Of a stretch of 64,000 bases of DNA, positions 1 to 8,166 are shown one piece after another (position 1 is the stretch's first letter; each line of letters starts with the position of its first letter). Under the pieces are notes generated by a model. That model saw only the letters and a program-made list of their open reading frames with translations, was not told the DNA's origin and made no database searches. Both the position numbers and the translations under genes were made by a program. This DNA comes from Alphaproteobacteria bacterium (lineage in GTDB: Bacteria > Pseudomonadota > Alphaproteobacteria > CBDDJK01), in contig OZ245892.1 in assembly GCA_965229605.1 (NCBI GenBank), positions 446 through 64,445 on the forward strand, given 5' to 3'.

Positions 1-1595
1 TGGCGACGTTGAGCCAGTCCGAGGGCCAGGCGCAAGTCCTGCCCCCGGCCCATGAGGTTTCTTTCGCGCAACTGTAATTGGGCCAGTGCTCCGTCCGAGG
101 AGGAATAGCCCGCCCCGACTGACAATTCACCGGTTGATTGTTCTTCAACCTCGACATTGACGACTGTTTTGTCATCTCCGCTGCCGGGGACATTGCTGAC
201 GTTGACCTTGCTGAAATAGCCGAGGTTCTGGATATTGCGCCGTGATCTGGAAAATTGGTCGCTGTTAAAGACATCGCCTTCGACCAGTTCAATTTCCCGG
301 CGGATCACTTCATCAAGGGTGCGGACATTGCCCTGAATATCCACCCGTTCGACAAAAACCCGGGGAGCTTCCAGAATTTCAAAGGTGATATCAATCGTTT
401 GTTCAACGGGATTGCGCTGGGGAACCGTGCGGACATTGACAAAGGCATAGCCTTCATTCCCGGCGGCGGTTGATACAAGGCTGACGGTATCGCTGACACT
501 GTCCGCATCATACCAGTCGCCTGTTTCAAGTTCGATGAGCGGTTTCAAGGGCTCTGCCGGTAGATCCGGAATCCGGGAGACCAGATCAAACGTGCCAAAG
601 CGATAGCGCGGGCCTTCTTCCAGCGTAAAGGTAATGAAGAAATCTTTCTGGTCTTCGGTGAGTTCGGCAACCGCCGAGGTCACACGAAAATCGGCAAAAC
701 CGTTGGCCAGATAATAGCGGCGCAATAATTCCTTGTCGAAATTCAGCTTGTCCGGATCGTAGGTGTCGCCAGAGCCAAAGAAGCGATACCAGCGGCTTTC
801 CTTGGTATTGATAACATCGGCCAAGGCCCCGTCGCTGAAATAACGGTTTCCGACAAAACTCACGCCGCGAATGCCGGTTTTCTCGCCTTCCTTGACTTCA
901 AAAACCAGGTCAATCCGGTTTTGCTCAAGCTCGATAATTTTAGGCGCAACCGTGGCCGCAAAGCGACCACTGCGCCGATACAGGTCCAGAAGCCGCTGCA
1001 CATCCGACTGAACGCGGGTGCGGGTATAAACAACGCGTGGGCGAAGCTGGACTTCAGCTTCAAGCACCTCGTCATCAATCTTGTCATTGCCTTCAAACAC
1101 AATGCGGTTGATGATCGGATTCTCGACCACCCGCACAACCAGAATATCGCCGCGCTGTTCAATATCGACATCCGCAAATAATCCGGTGGCAAAAATACGC
1201 TTGAGCGCGCCATTCAATACTTCCTGATTGACCCGCTCTCCAATCGTCAGGCCCAGATGGGCAATGACAGAAAAATCTTCAATCCGCTGTTCCCCTTCAA
1301 CCACAATATCGCGCAAGATAACGCCGTCTATTGGACCAATATCCAGCCCGGGACTGGTTGTCTGCTCGTCTGGATCAAGAGTGCCGCCAGCCGGGGCCGG
1401 AACAACAATAGCCGGATTCTGACCCGCTTGCGAATTTGCAGATTGGGCCTTGGCCGATTCAATAAAAGCAGATTCAACAAAAGCGGCCTGAGAAAGACCG
1501 ATCAAAGAAAGGGCCAAAAAGGAAAATATGCCTGTGCGTGCCGATAAACTGCCAGAGGATATCGACTTGCCAAGATTATTTTTTAGACCGATCAT
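1..1595 (-). CDS. bamA: Outer membrane protein assembly factor BamA, N-terminal part (POTRA region); runs off the left edge
   Basis: Absent from the ORF track because there is no stop in the window. My translation of the minus strand from the ATG at 1595-1593 gives MIGLKNNLGK..., a signal-like segment, then POTRA-like blocks (ILRDIVVEGEQRI, IINRIVFEGNDKI, IRGVSFVGNRYF, VFVERVDIQGNVRTLDEVIRREI). It ends with ERNLMGRGQDL at the window edge, typical of the POTRA5/barrel junction. Confidence 0.8.
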   Translation of the reverse strand, partial: MIGLKNNLGKSISSGSLSARTGIFSFLALSLIGLSQAAFVESAFIESAKAQSANSQAGQNPAIVVPAPAGGTLDPDEQTTSPGLDIGPIDGVILRDIVVEGEQRIEDFSVIAHLGLTIGERVNQEVLNGALKRIFATGLFADVDIEQRGDILVVRVVENPIINRIVFEGNDKIDDEVLEAEVQLRPRVVYTRTRVQSDVQRLLDLYRRSGRFAATVAPKIIELEQNRIDLVFEVKEGEKTGIRGVSFVGNRYFSDGALADVINTKESRWYRFFGSGDTYDPDKLNFDKELLRRYYLANGFADFRVTSAVAELTEDQKDFFITFTLEEGPRYRFGTFDLVSRIPDLPAEPLKPLIELETGDWYDADSVSDTVSLVSTAAGNEGYAFVNVRTVPQRNPVEQTIDITFEILEAPRVFVERVDIQGNVRTLDEVIRREIELVEGDVFNSDQFSRSRRNIQNLGYFSKVNVSNVPGSGDDKTVVNVEVEEQSTGELSVGAGYSSSDGALAQLQLRERNLMGRGQDLRLALGLAQRR

Positions 1596-1795
1596 TCAAA
1601 ATCCATATTTGAATTAGCTTGTTATCATAAATTAGATGGGCCCAAATTGGCCGGGCACAAATTAGATGGACACAAACCAAACACGCGCAGTTTGTTGCTT
1701 TTGCTACAACAATCACCTGCCCCTGTAAAGGATTCCCGGCTTGATTGCCGATGATTCCTGACGATTTCTATGCGACGACTTGCACTATTGTTGCA

Positions 1796-2230
1796 CTATT
1801 GATGCCAATCGGGCTTCTTTTTCGCCAAATCTTCTGGAAGAGCCGTGATAATCACCATAGCAGCGGCGATTCCGTTTTCATCGGTCAGCGAAATATCAAT
1901 CGTCGGGCAGAGTTCATCTGGTGTAAGGCTGTTCAGTTTTTTTGCGGCTCCGCCCGCAAGGCGCAGCATCGGTTTGCCGGATGGCAGCGACCAGCATTCG
2001 ATATCGCGCCAGAAAACCCCTTGCCGAAAGCCGGTTCCAAGGGCCTTGGCGCAGGCTTCCTTGGCGGCAAAAAACTGGGCATAGCGGGCGGCCCGTTTGA
2101 AGGGTCGCCGTTCAGCCCGGTATTGTTCGGATTCCGTAAACAGGCGGTGGGTAAAGCGGGTTTGATAGCGTTCCAGTGTCTGCGCAATCCGCTTTATATC
2201 GCAATGATCAATACCTGTTCCCAAAATCAT
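1796..2230 (-). CDS. acpS: Holo-[acyl-carrier-protein] synthase (4'-phosphopantetheinyl transferase)
   Basis: 144-aa ORF. MILGTGIDHCDIKRI..., FTESE..., FAAKEACAKALGTG match the AcpS family pattern. Confidence 0.85.
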   Translation of the reverse strand: MILGTGIDHCDIKRIAQTLERYQTRFTHRLFTESEQYRAERRPFKRAARYAQFFAAKEACAKALGTGFRQGVFWRDIECWSLPSGKPMLRLAGGAAKKLNSLTPDELCPTIDISLTDENGIAAAMVIITALPEDLAKKKPDWHQ

Positions 2231-2242
2231 TGTCGCAAGTTT

Positions 2243-3322
2243 TCAGGAAAAAGAGACGGCAGGACGATCTGTTTTTTGTGCCGCCGGTTGAATGGTGCCG
2301 AGTACTTCCGGGTCTTCCCCCAAGGCAGAAAGGCGGCTTAGAACATCCGCTTGTTGATCGGGCGCAACCATCAAAAGCAGGCCAAATCCGCAGTTAAAGG
2401 TGCGCCGGAAGTCAGAAAGCGGGACTTGCCCTTTTTGCTGCAACCAGGAAAAAACCGGCGGCAGAGGCGGCATTTGTATTTGCGCCATCAGGCCTTCTGG
2501 CAGGATTCGGGGCAAATTTTCTTCAATCCCGCCGCCCGTTATATGGCAAATACCATGAATGGCGGCTGGAAAGGCAGAGAGTAGCTCCAGCACCGGTTTG
2601 ACATAGATACGGGTCGGGGTCAGCAAAACCTCCCCCAAAGAATAGGTGCTGTTCCAGCTTGCCGGGGCCGGGGCGGTGACATCAACCCCTGTTTGTTCAA
2701 TGATTTTATGGATCAGCGAAAATCCGTTGGCATGCGGCCCGCTGGATTCCAGCCCGATGATCACATCGCCCGGCTGCACGCGCTCCGGGGTCAGTATTTG
2801 ATCGCGCTCTACGGCCCCCAGGATAAATCCGGCCAGATCATAATCATCGGCCTGGTAATGGCCCGGCATTTCTGCGGTTTCCCCGCCCCCCAGCGCGCAA
2901 CCTGCCAGCATACAGCCTTCAACAATGCCTTTTAAAACATTCTGGGCAATATCCGGCTGCAATTTCCCGCAGGCGTAATAATCAAGGAATAAAAGCGGCG
3001 TCGCCCCTTGCACGATCAAATCATTGGCACACATGGCGACCAGATCAATCCCTATCGTCTGGTGCTGGCGCAGTTTCAGGGCCAACCGCAATTTTGTACC
3101 CACCCCGTCGGTGGAGGTCAAAATAAGCGGGTCGGTAAATCCGGCAGCTTTGGGGTCGAATAACGCGCCAAATCCGCCAATGGCTGCCCCGGCTCCGGGA
3201 CGTCTGGTGCGAGCAGCAAGCGGGCGGATATAATCCACCAGCCGATTTCCGGCCGCAATATCAACCCCGGCCTGTTTATAGGTCAGGCCTTTTTGCGCAG
3301 GTGGGGGCGAAGGGTCTGTCAT
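2243..3322 (-). CDS. purM: Phosphoribosylformylglycinamidine cyclo-ligase (AIR synthetase)
   Basis: 359-aa ORF. LTYKQAGVDIAAGN, GGFGALF, DGVGTKL and HITGGG are PurM hallmarks. Confidence 0.95.
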   Translation of the reverse strand: MTDPSPPPAQKGLTYKQAGVDIAAGNRLVDYIRPLAARTRRPGAGAAIGGFGALFDPKAAGFTDPLILTSTDGVGTKLRLALKLRQHQTIGIDLVAMCANDLIVQGATPLLFLDYYACGKLQPDIAQNVLKGIVEGCMLAGCALGGGETAEMPGHYQADDYDLAGFILGAVERDQILTPERVQPGDVIIGLESSGPHANGFSLIHKIIEQTGVDVTAPAPASWNSTYSLGEVLLTPTRIYVKPVLELLSAFPAAIHGICHITGGGIEENLPRILPEGLMAQIQMPPLPPVFSWLQQKGQVPLSDFRRTFNCGFGLLLMVAPDQQADVLSRLSALGEDPEVLGTIQPAAQKTDRPAVSFS

Positions 3323-3486
3323 AAATATGTCCTGAATTTTACTGTAGGCCCTTTATGCCCGTTTATAAAGAACAAAAGCTGCCAAATGCAAAAAACATCG
3401 TCTCAAAAGCGGTTTTTCAAAAAATACCCTGGTCCGTTTCTGTTGATCCCATAAGGATTTTATCAAAAATACAAAAGGAGACACCA

Positions 3487-3918
3487 ATGAAATTCAGCCC
3501 TCTTTCCCCGAAAGCAACCCGCACCCCGATGATGGGGGTTCTGCTTGGTTTAGGCCTCGGCTTAGGCGTTATTCTGGCTGATAGCAGCACTGCCAAAGCT
3601 GACTCGCTTGATAACCTGATGCGCGCCCGGGCTTTGATGCTGTCGGACATGCTCAACCCGTCCTTGACCGCGCATGAACGGTCAGAGAAAATGCAAGGCG
3701 CCAAGCGGCGGATTGTTGACTATGAACGCCTTGCCCTGCGCGATGATGAGCTGAAAGGCAAAAACACCCCGACAATCCGCTGGGCTTTTTCAAACTATGA
3801 TCTGGCTTTTCTGGGCCATGCCTCGTTAGAGAAAAACCGGCTGCTGAGCGATCACTGGCTGGAGCAACTGGGCATCACCACCCATGCGATCATGAATGCA
3901 GACAGCGGGTGGAAGTAA
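3487..3918 (+). CDS. Hypothetical exported or anchored protein (first gene of the five-gene envelope operon)
   Basis: An internal ATG at 3487 is preceded by AGGAG (3476-3480). The N-terminus MKFSPLSPKATRTPMMGVLLGLGLGLGVILADSSTAKA looks like a signal peptide or anchor. I recognise no family. Confidence 0.5.
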   Translation: MKFSPLSPKATRTPMMGVLLGLGLGLGVILADSSTAKADSLDNLMRARALMLSDMLNPSLTAHERSEKMQGAKRRIVDYERLALRDDELKGKNTPTIRWAFSNYDLAFLGHASLEKNRLLSDHWLEQLGITTHAIMNADSGWK

Positions 3919-3919
3919 A

Positions 3920-4483
3920 ATGTCTCAAACATTTGAAGGCTTTGAGACTTCCCCGTCCTTGGCAGGGTCACCTATGACGACCTCTATTACGACTTCATGG
4001 GTCCAGCATTTTCTGGTTCTCTCCAGAGCAACCAGCTATCTGATGGGCGGGCTGATTCTGGTCCTGACCATCACCGTCATCGTCACCTCTCGCTCAATCG
4101 GCGATATCGCTCTATGGGGAGAACGGGTGCTTGGCGGCGCCTTCATCGGGCTGATGGCTGCCTTGACCCTGCTGTCCATCTATAGCTGGGTGCGCATGGA
4201 ACAGACTTGTGGCACTGCAGCGGCTAAAAGCTGGCTCGAAGCCGGACTGCAAGCCGCAGGCGGGATCACCACCGTGGCCCTGACCTATACGCTGCTTGGG
4301 ATAAGCCTCGGCATCGGGTCGCTATCCGATCAGGTGCTTACTCCCGACACTGTCCAGGATATCATCAAAGCCCTGACTGCTCAGTTCTCGCTGGCCTTTA
4401 TGACCACCGTCATCGGCTTGCCCCTTTCAACCGTCTTGCGGGCCTTGCTGATGATCGCTGCTGCCCGCCAAAACAACAAGTAA
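3920..4483 (+). CDS. Small polytopic membrane protein, MotA/TolQ/ExbB-like C-terminal half (divergent)
   Basis: The ATG at 3920 lies 1 nt after the upstream stop. There are four hydrophobic segments. The last two (TYTLLGISLGIG, then about 25 aa, then FSLAFMTTVIGLPLSTVL) resemble the ExbB/TolQ pair GLLGTVWGIM ... EALIATAIGLVAAIP, recalled from memory. Confidence 0.5.
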   Translation: MSQTFEGFETSPSLAGSPMTTSITTSWVQHFLVLSRATSYLMGGLILVLTITVIVTSRSIGDIALWGERVLGGAFIGLMAALTLLSIYSWVRMEQTCGTAAAKSWLEAGLQAAGGITTVALTYTLLGISLGIGSLSDQVLTPDTVQDIIKALTAQFSLAFMTTVIGLPLSTVLRALLMIAAARQNNK

Positions 4484-4511
4484 ATTAAAACAAAAAATAC
4501 AGGAGGCTAAA

Positions 4512-5171
4512 ATGAGCAAATATATGCCGGTCCGTGACCTTGCCTTTACCCTTACAGTTGCTGCCGCCTTGTCCTATTTGATTTATGATCAGGTTGGACC
4601 GGGAACAGTTGATCCCGTAGCAACCATGCCTGCTGTTCAGCCTGAAATAGAGCAACCCCCAGCAGAGAAGATAGAAGCAGAGAAGCCCGTTCCAGCAGAG
4701 AAGATAGAAAAAGAGGAGATAAAAAAAGAGGAGGTGGCTGCTGAACCCGCTATCGTGCAGCCCCCCCCAAAGGCACCCCCAAAGCAGGAGGAACCTCAAC
4801 AGGTTGCTGCTTTGCCAACGCCAACGCCAGTCGAACCAACGCCAGCGCAAACAGAACCTTCTGTTGCACAGGTCACCGTGGAAAAGCCTGAGCCCGTTCA
4901 ACCTGAACCAGTTATCTTGGAGCCGGTTATCTCGGAACCCGTGGCAGCAGATGCCTCGCCAGCAGATATACCGGAAACCGATATTATTGACGTTGCCCCC
5001 GTCAAGACTCATACTGTCGAAACGCATAGTGTCGAGACTCATAGCGTGCCGGATGCCCCGGCTGTTGTCCTTGCCGAGAACAGCACGCTGATGAGCGCGT
5101 CTGAACGCTATCAGGCATTGCAGAATCTGGCGGATGATATGGAAATGCTCTATCTTGAGCTGAGCCACTAA
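4512..5171 (+). CDS. Membrane-anchored Pro/Glu-rich repeat protein with an ExbD/TolR-like P-x-x-D transmembrane start
   Basis: A strong SD (AGGAGG) lies 8 nt upstream. The N-terminus MSKYMPVRDLAFTLTVAAALSYLIY is followed by EKIEAEKPVPAEKIEKEE and P/E/V-rich repeats, THTVETHSVETHSV, and a short helical tail. The antisense ORF 4485-5195 is W/C/F-rich and not protein-like. Confidence 0.6.
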   Translation: MSKYMPVRDLAFTLTVAAALSYLIYDQVGPGTVDPVATMPAVQPEIEQPPAEKIEAEKPVPAEKIEKEEIKKEEVAAEPAIVQPPPKAPPKQEEPQQVAALPTPTPVEPTPAQTEPSVAQVTVEKPEPVQPEPVILEPVISEPVAADASPADIPETDIIDVAPVKTHTVETHSVETHSVPDAPAVVLAENSTLMSASERYQALQNLADDMEMLYLELSH

Positions 5172-5182
5172 GGCAGAATGTG

Positions 5183-6427
5183 ATGCGTTCAGCAACCATA
5201 AAACATGTACCCATAGAACGTTTACAGGGACTCGTTATTCTTTTGATGGCGGTGGTGCTGGCGGCGGTTATTTTATATCGCGAGTGGCCGCAAGCAGCAA
5301 AGGACTTGCGGCAAGAAGCCTTGCTCCCGCACATAGAAGAGGTAGCTGAAATAGAGAAAGAGCCGGTTATTGAGCAACCACCAGCCGATTCCGGGGATTT
5401 TCAGGAAGCGGTCCGCATTATTTTGCCTCCGCCACCGGTGAGCCCTGTCGATCAGGATATCCCGCCCAGTTTATCAAAAGAGGTGCCAAAAGACGCTCCA
5501 AAAGAAGCTCCAGAAGAAACCTCTAAAGTGCAAGAGCCGCCTCAACCAAAAGCACCCCCTCAACCAAAAGCACCCCCTCAACCAAAGGAACCGACACAGC
5601 AAGCAGCAAAGCCCACCTCTTCGCCAAAGCCTGTTTCAATCACCCCTTTAACGCCGCTTCCTTCTCCAGAGCCAGCCTCAATAGAGCCAAGCCCGGCAGA
5701 ACCAGTTCAGGCTACACAAGTCAGCCAGCCTGTGCATGAAATTAAACCTTTAACTGCTCCAAAGCCTCAAGTGCAAAAAGAACAGCCGCAAGAAGAAATA
5801 GCAGAGCCGGTTGAAATCAAACCCGCCGCCCCCCCTTCGCCTCAACCTGCGCCGCCTCAAGAGATATATGAAGAAGCTGAACCTGCCCAAAAAATAAAGG
5901 CAAAAGAAATCCCGATAAAAGAAATACCGGTAAAAGAGATTCAGGCGAAAGGTCGTCCTCTATTGCGGCTGATGGAATATGGGCAAGGATCGGCCGTGAA
6001 TATCGCCTGGCCTGCCAATTCAAGCGCCATGACTCGCTTATATGATGAGCTTAACCGGTGCTACGGCATGGAATCGCTGGTCATCCATCAAGGACGCTTA
6101 TATAATAGGGCCGGTTTATTTGAGCCAAATCAGGATCGCTACAGCAGCTTTATGCGGGAAGTTCAGGGCCAGATTCCGCCGCGTGAGTCAGAGTTTTTGC
6201 GGAAAATTCCGGTCTCCGGTGCGCCTGTCCGCCTTTTCCCGCGCCGGGTTGATGCGATGCTACTTGGCGGCTTGCATCATTTGCTTGGGCAAGAGGCTAT
6301 GGAGGGTCATCACATTTCTGGCACCTATTCACTGTCGCAAAACCGCTTGCTGGTGACCGATTTGCGCCTTGACGGGGTGCAGGTCGAAGGCTCCGTTGAT
6401 CTCACCGCCATCCGCCGTTGCACCTAA
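5183..6427 (+). CDS. Membrane-anchored proline-rich protein with an unknown ~170-aa C-terminal domain (TonB/TolA-like architecture)
   Basis: The anchor is LQGLVILLMAVVLAAVILY. About 200 aa of P/E/K-rich spacer follows, including PPQPKAPPQPKAPPQPKEP and KEIPIKEIPVKEIQAK. The C-terminal part is non-repetitive. Start is ATG 5183, with GTG 5180 also possible. Confidence 0.6.
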   Translation: MRSATIKHVPIERLQGLVILLMAVVLAAVILYREWPQAAKDLRQEALLPHIEEVAEIEKEPVIEQPPADSGDFQEAVRIILPPPPVSPVDQDIPPSLSKEVPKDAPKEAPEETSKVQEPPQPKAPPQPKAPPQPKEPTQQAAKPTSSPKPVSITPLTPLPSPEPASIEPSPAEPVQATQVSQPVHEIKPLTAPKPQVQKEQPQEEIAEPVEIKPAAPPSPQPAPPQEIYEEAEPAQKIKAKEIPIKEIPVKEIQAKGRPLLRLMEYGQGSAVNIAWPANSSAMTRLYDELNRCYGMESLVIHQGRLYNRAGLFEPNQDRYSSFMREVQGQIPPRESEFLRKIPVSGAPVRLFPRRVDAMLLGGLHHLLGQEAMEGHHISGTYSLSQNRLLVTDLRLDGVQVEGSVDLTAIRRCT

Positions 6428-6441
6428 ACCCTGCATTAAAG

Positions 6442-7137
6442 ATGAAAATATTGCCGGACAGGATAAAACCTCTATGGGTGGTTTTTGCTCTATGTGTGAT
6501 GGTCCCTATGATCGGGGCCTGCCAGACAACCCGCCCCGTTTCCTATCAATCGCTGGATATACTAGAAGCATCGCCCGAAAAACCGGCAGACTCACGCACC
6601 GTCTATTATGAAACAATGGACCGCTATTATTTTCTGGCCCCGACCTGTGTATTTGTAAAAACCGTTGCAAGTGCCGATGATGTGCAGGCTCACCCCGCCC
6701 TGGTTGATGCGCTTGATCGCTATTTACGCAGCCGGTTTTCACGCGTCATTGCCCGCGATGAAGTGCAACAGCAGCTTCAGGACTATGCCTTGACAATGGA
6801 TGAACCCGACCAGCTTAAAACCTTTGCCAGATATGAATCCTGCCCGGCAGTCATGCAGGTTGAACCCTGGCTGGATCAGGATGTCGAACTCGGCATCTGG
6901 TATCAAAAGAAACTGGGCGTGGCTTTATCTCTTCAAGAGGTCGAAACTGGCGAGATTCTATGGCAGGCCCGCCATACCACCGGGCGTTCAGATGGCAGTA
7001 TCCCGACCAGCCCGCTTGGCCTGCTGGTTGGCGTTGTCCAGGCAGCCAATTTGCGCAGCGATGAAGAAGCGATTTATTCGCTTGCCGATGACATCATGCG
7101 CCGCATCATCAAAACGCTGCCAGATTTGCGGTATTAG
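6442..7137 (+). CDS. Lipoprotein, possibly DUF799/GNA1162-like (weak recollection-based call)
   Basis: MKILPDRIKPLWVVFALCVMVPMIGAC carries a lipobox (IGAC). The C-terminal ILWQARHTTGRSDGSIPTSPLGLLVGVVQAANL...IIKTLP is reminiscent of DUF799 lipoproteins. This is the last gene of the operon. Confidence 0.55.
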   Translation: MKILPDRIKPLWVVFALCVMVPMIGACQTTRPVSYQSLDILEASPEKPADSRTVYYETMDRYYFLAPTCVFVKTVASADDVQAHPALVDALDRYLRSRFSRVIARDEVQQQLQDYALTMDEPDQLKTFARYESCPAVMQVEPWLDQDVELGIWYQKKLGVALSLQEVETGEILWQARHTTGRSDGSIPTSPLGLLVGVVQAANLRSDEEAIYSLADDIMRRIIKTLPDLRY

Positions 7138-7140
7138 CAT

Positions 7141-7185
7141 GAAAGCAGAATATCTTGACATTTAACGGTGTCTGCTTTCTTTTCC
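7141..7185 (+). terminator. Hairpin plus T-run downstream of the five-gene operon
   Basis: GAAAGCAGA (7141-7149) pairs perfectly with TCTGCTTTC (7171-7179), followed by TTTTCC. The 21-nt loop is long for an intrinsic terminator. Confidence 0.45.
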
Positions 7186-7189
7186 TTAT

Positions 7190-7206
7190 TAGGGTCCTGA
7201 CCCTAG
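7190..7206. repeat. Short palindromic repeat TAGGGTCCTGACCCTAG (family shared with the ends of the 61979-62254 element)
   Basis: A 7+2+7 palindrome read directly from the sequence, located in an intergenic region. Confidence 0.8.
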
Positions 7207-7242
7207 CCTACATCAAATAAAACCGGAAAAGGAACATCGGGC

Positions 7243-8166
7243 ATGAGCAAACCTGTGATTGGATTTATTGGCATTGGTTATATGGGTGGCGGGATGGCTA
7301 AAAATATCGTCACCAAAGGCTATTCTTTGTATTTTATGGCCAATAAAAAGCGGGAAGTCGCTGAACGGCTGCTGGGGCTTGGCGCAAAAGAAGTCAAAAG
7401 CCCGCGCGCACTGGCTGAAGCCTGCGATATTGTTCATCTGTGCCTCAATAGCTCCCCGGCGGTGGAGGAGACCGTGATGGGCGAAAACGGCCTTTTGTCT
7501 GCCGGGCGCAAGGGGCTGATTATTATTGACACCTCGACCTCTGATCCGGTGTCAACGCTGCGTTTGGCTGCGCATTGCGCCAAGGTGGAGACGCATTTTG
7601 TTGATGCACCGCTAAGCCGCACCCCCAAAGAGGCCGAAGCTGGCACGCTGGATTGTATGATCGGGGCTGAGCCTGAAATTCTGGAAAAAATCTATCCGGT
7701 GATTGAAACCTGGTCCACCAATATCATTCCGATGGGGGCGGTTGGCAATGGCCACAAGATGAAGCTGGTCAATAATTTTGTCGGGATGAGCTATGCCATT
7801 TTATATTCAGAAGCCCTGGCTCTGGCCCGAAAAGCCGGGCTGAGCATTGAACAGTTTCACAGCGTGATCGGGTCAGGCCGGATGCGCAGTGGCTTTTATG
7901 ATACTTTCATGCAATATGTCCATGATGGCGACAAGAATGCCCATAAATTCACCCTTGAGAATGCGCTAAAGGATATGAGTTATGTGACAGCCCTTGCCAA
8001 TGATCTGGGGCTGAATAACCCGGTGCAAGCTTCGGTGCGCAATAGTTTTGCGCTGGCGGTCGCTGCCGGTCATGGCGGAGATTTCATCCCGCAAGTTTCT
8101 GATTTTATTGCCCGTATCAACGGGGTGCAGGGCGATAAGAACTCTACAGGAGGAGCCGATCAATGA
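7243..8166 (+). CDS. NAD(P)-dependent oxidoreductase, 3-hydroxyisobutyrate/6-phosphogluconate dehydrogenase-like family
   Basis: 307 aa. The N-terminal Rossmann motif is IGFIGIGYMGGGMAKN, with a GNGHKMKLVNN central motif. Confidence 0.85.
   Translation: MSKPVIGFIGIGYMGGGMAKNIVTKGYSLYFMANKKREVAERLLGLGAKEVKSPRALAEACDIVHLCLNSSPAVEETVMGENGLLSAGRKGLIIIDTSTSDPVSTLRLAAHCAKVETHFVDAPLSRTPKEAEAGTLDCMIGAEPEILEKIYPVIETWSTNIIPMGAVGNGHKMKLVNNFVGMSYAILYSEALALARKAGLSIEQFHSVIGSGRMRSGFYDTFMQYVHDGDKNAHKFTLENALKDMSYVTALANDLGLNNPVQASVRNSFALAVAAGHGGDFIPQVSDFIARINGVQGDKNSTGGADQ

Noticed and set aside
3355-3486. An upstream extension of the first operon ORF (track start 3355).
   Set aside because: The extension has no SD and would bury the signal-like segment 45 aa from the N-terminus. 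The ATG at 3487 has an AGGAG SD at ideal spacing.
4485-5195. A 236-aa minus-strand ORF overlapping the Pro/Glu-rich gene.
   Set aside because: The W/C/F/L/R-rich translation has no SD. The plus-strand ORF has a strong AGGAGG SD, a TM anchor, and fits the operon spacing.
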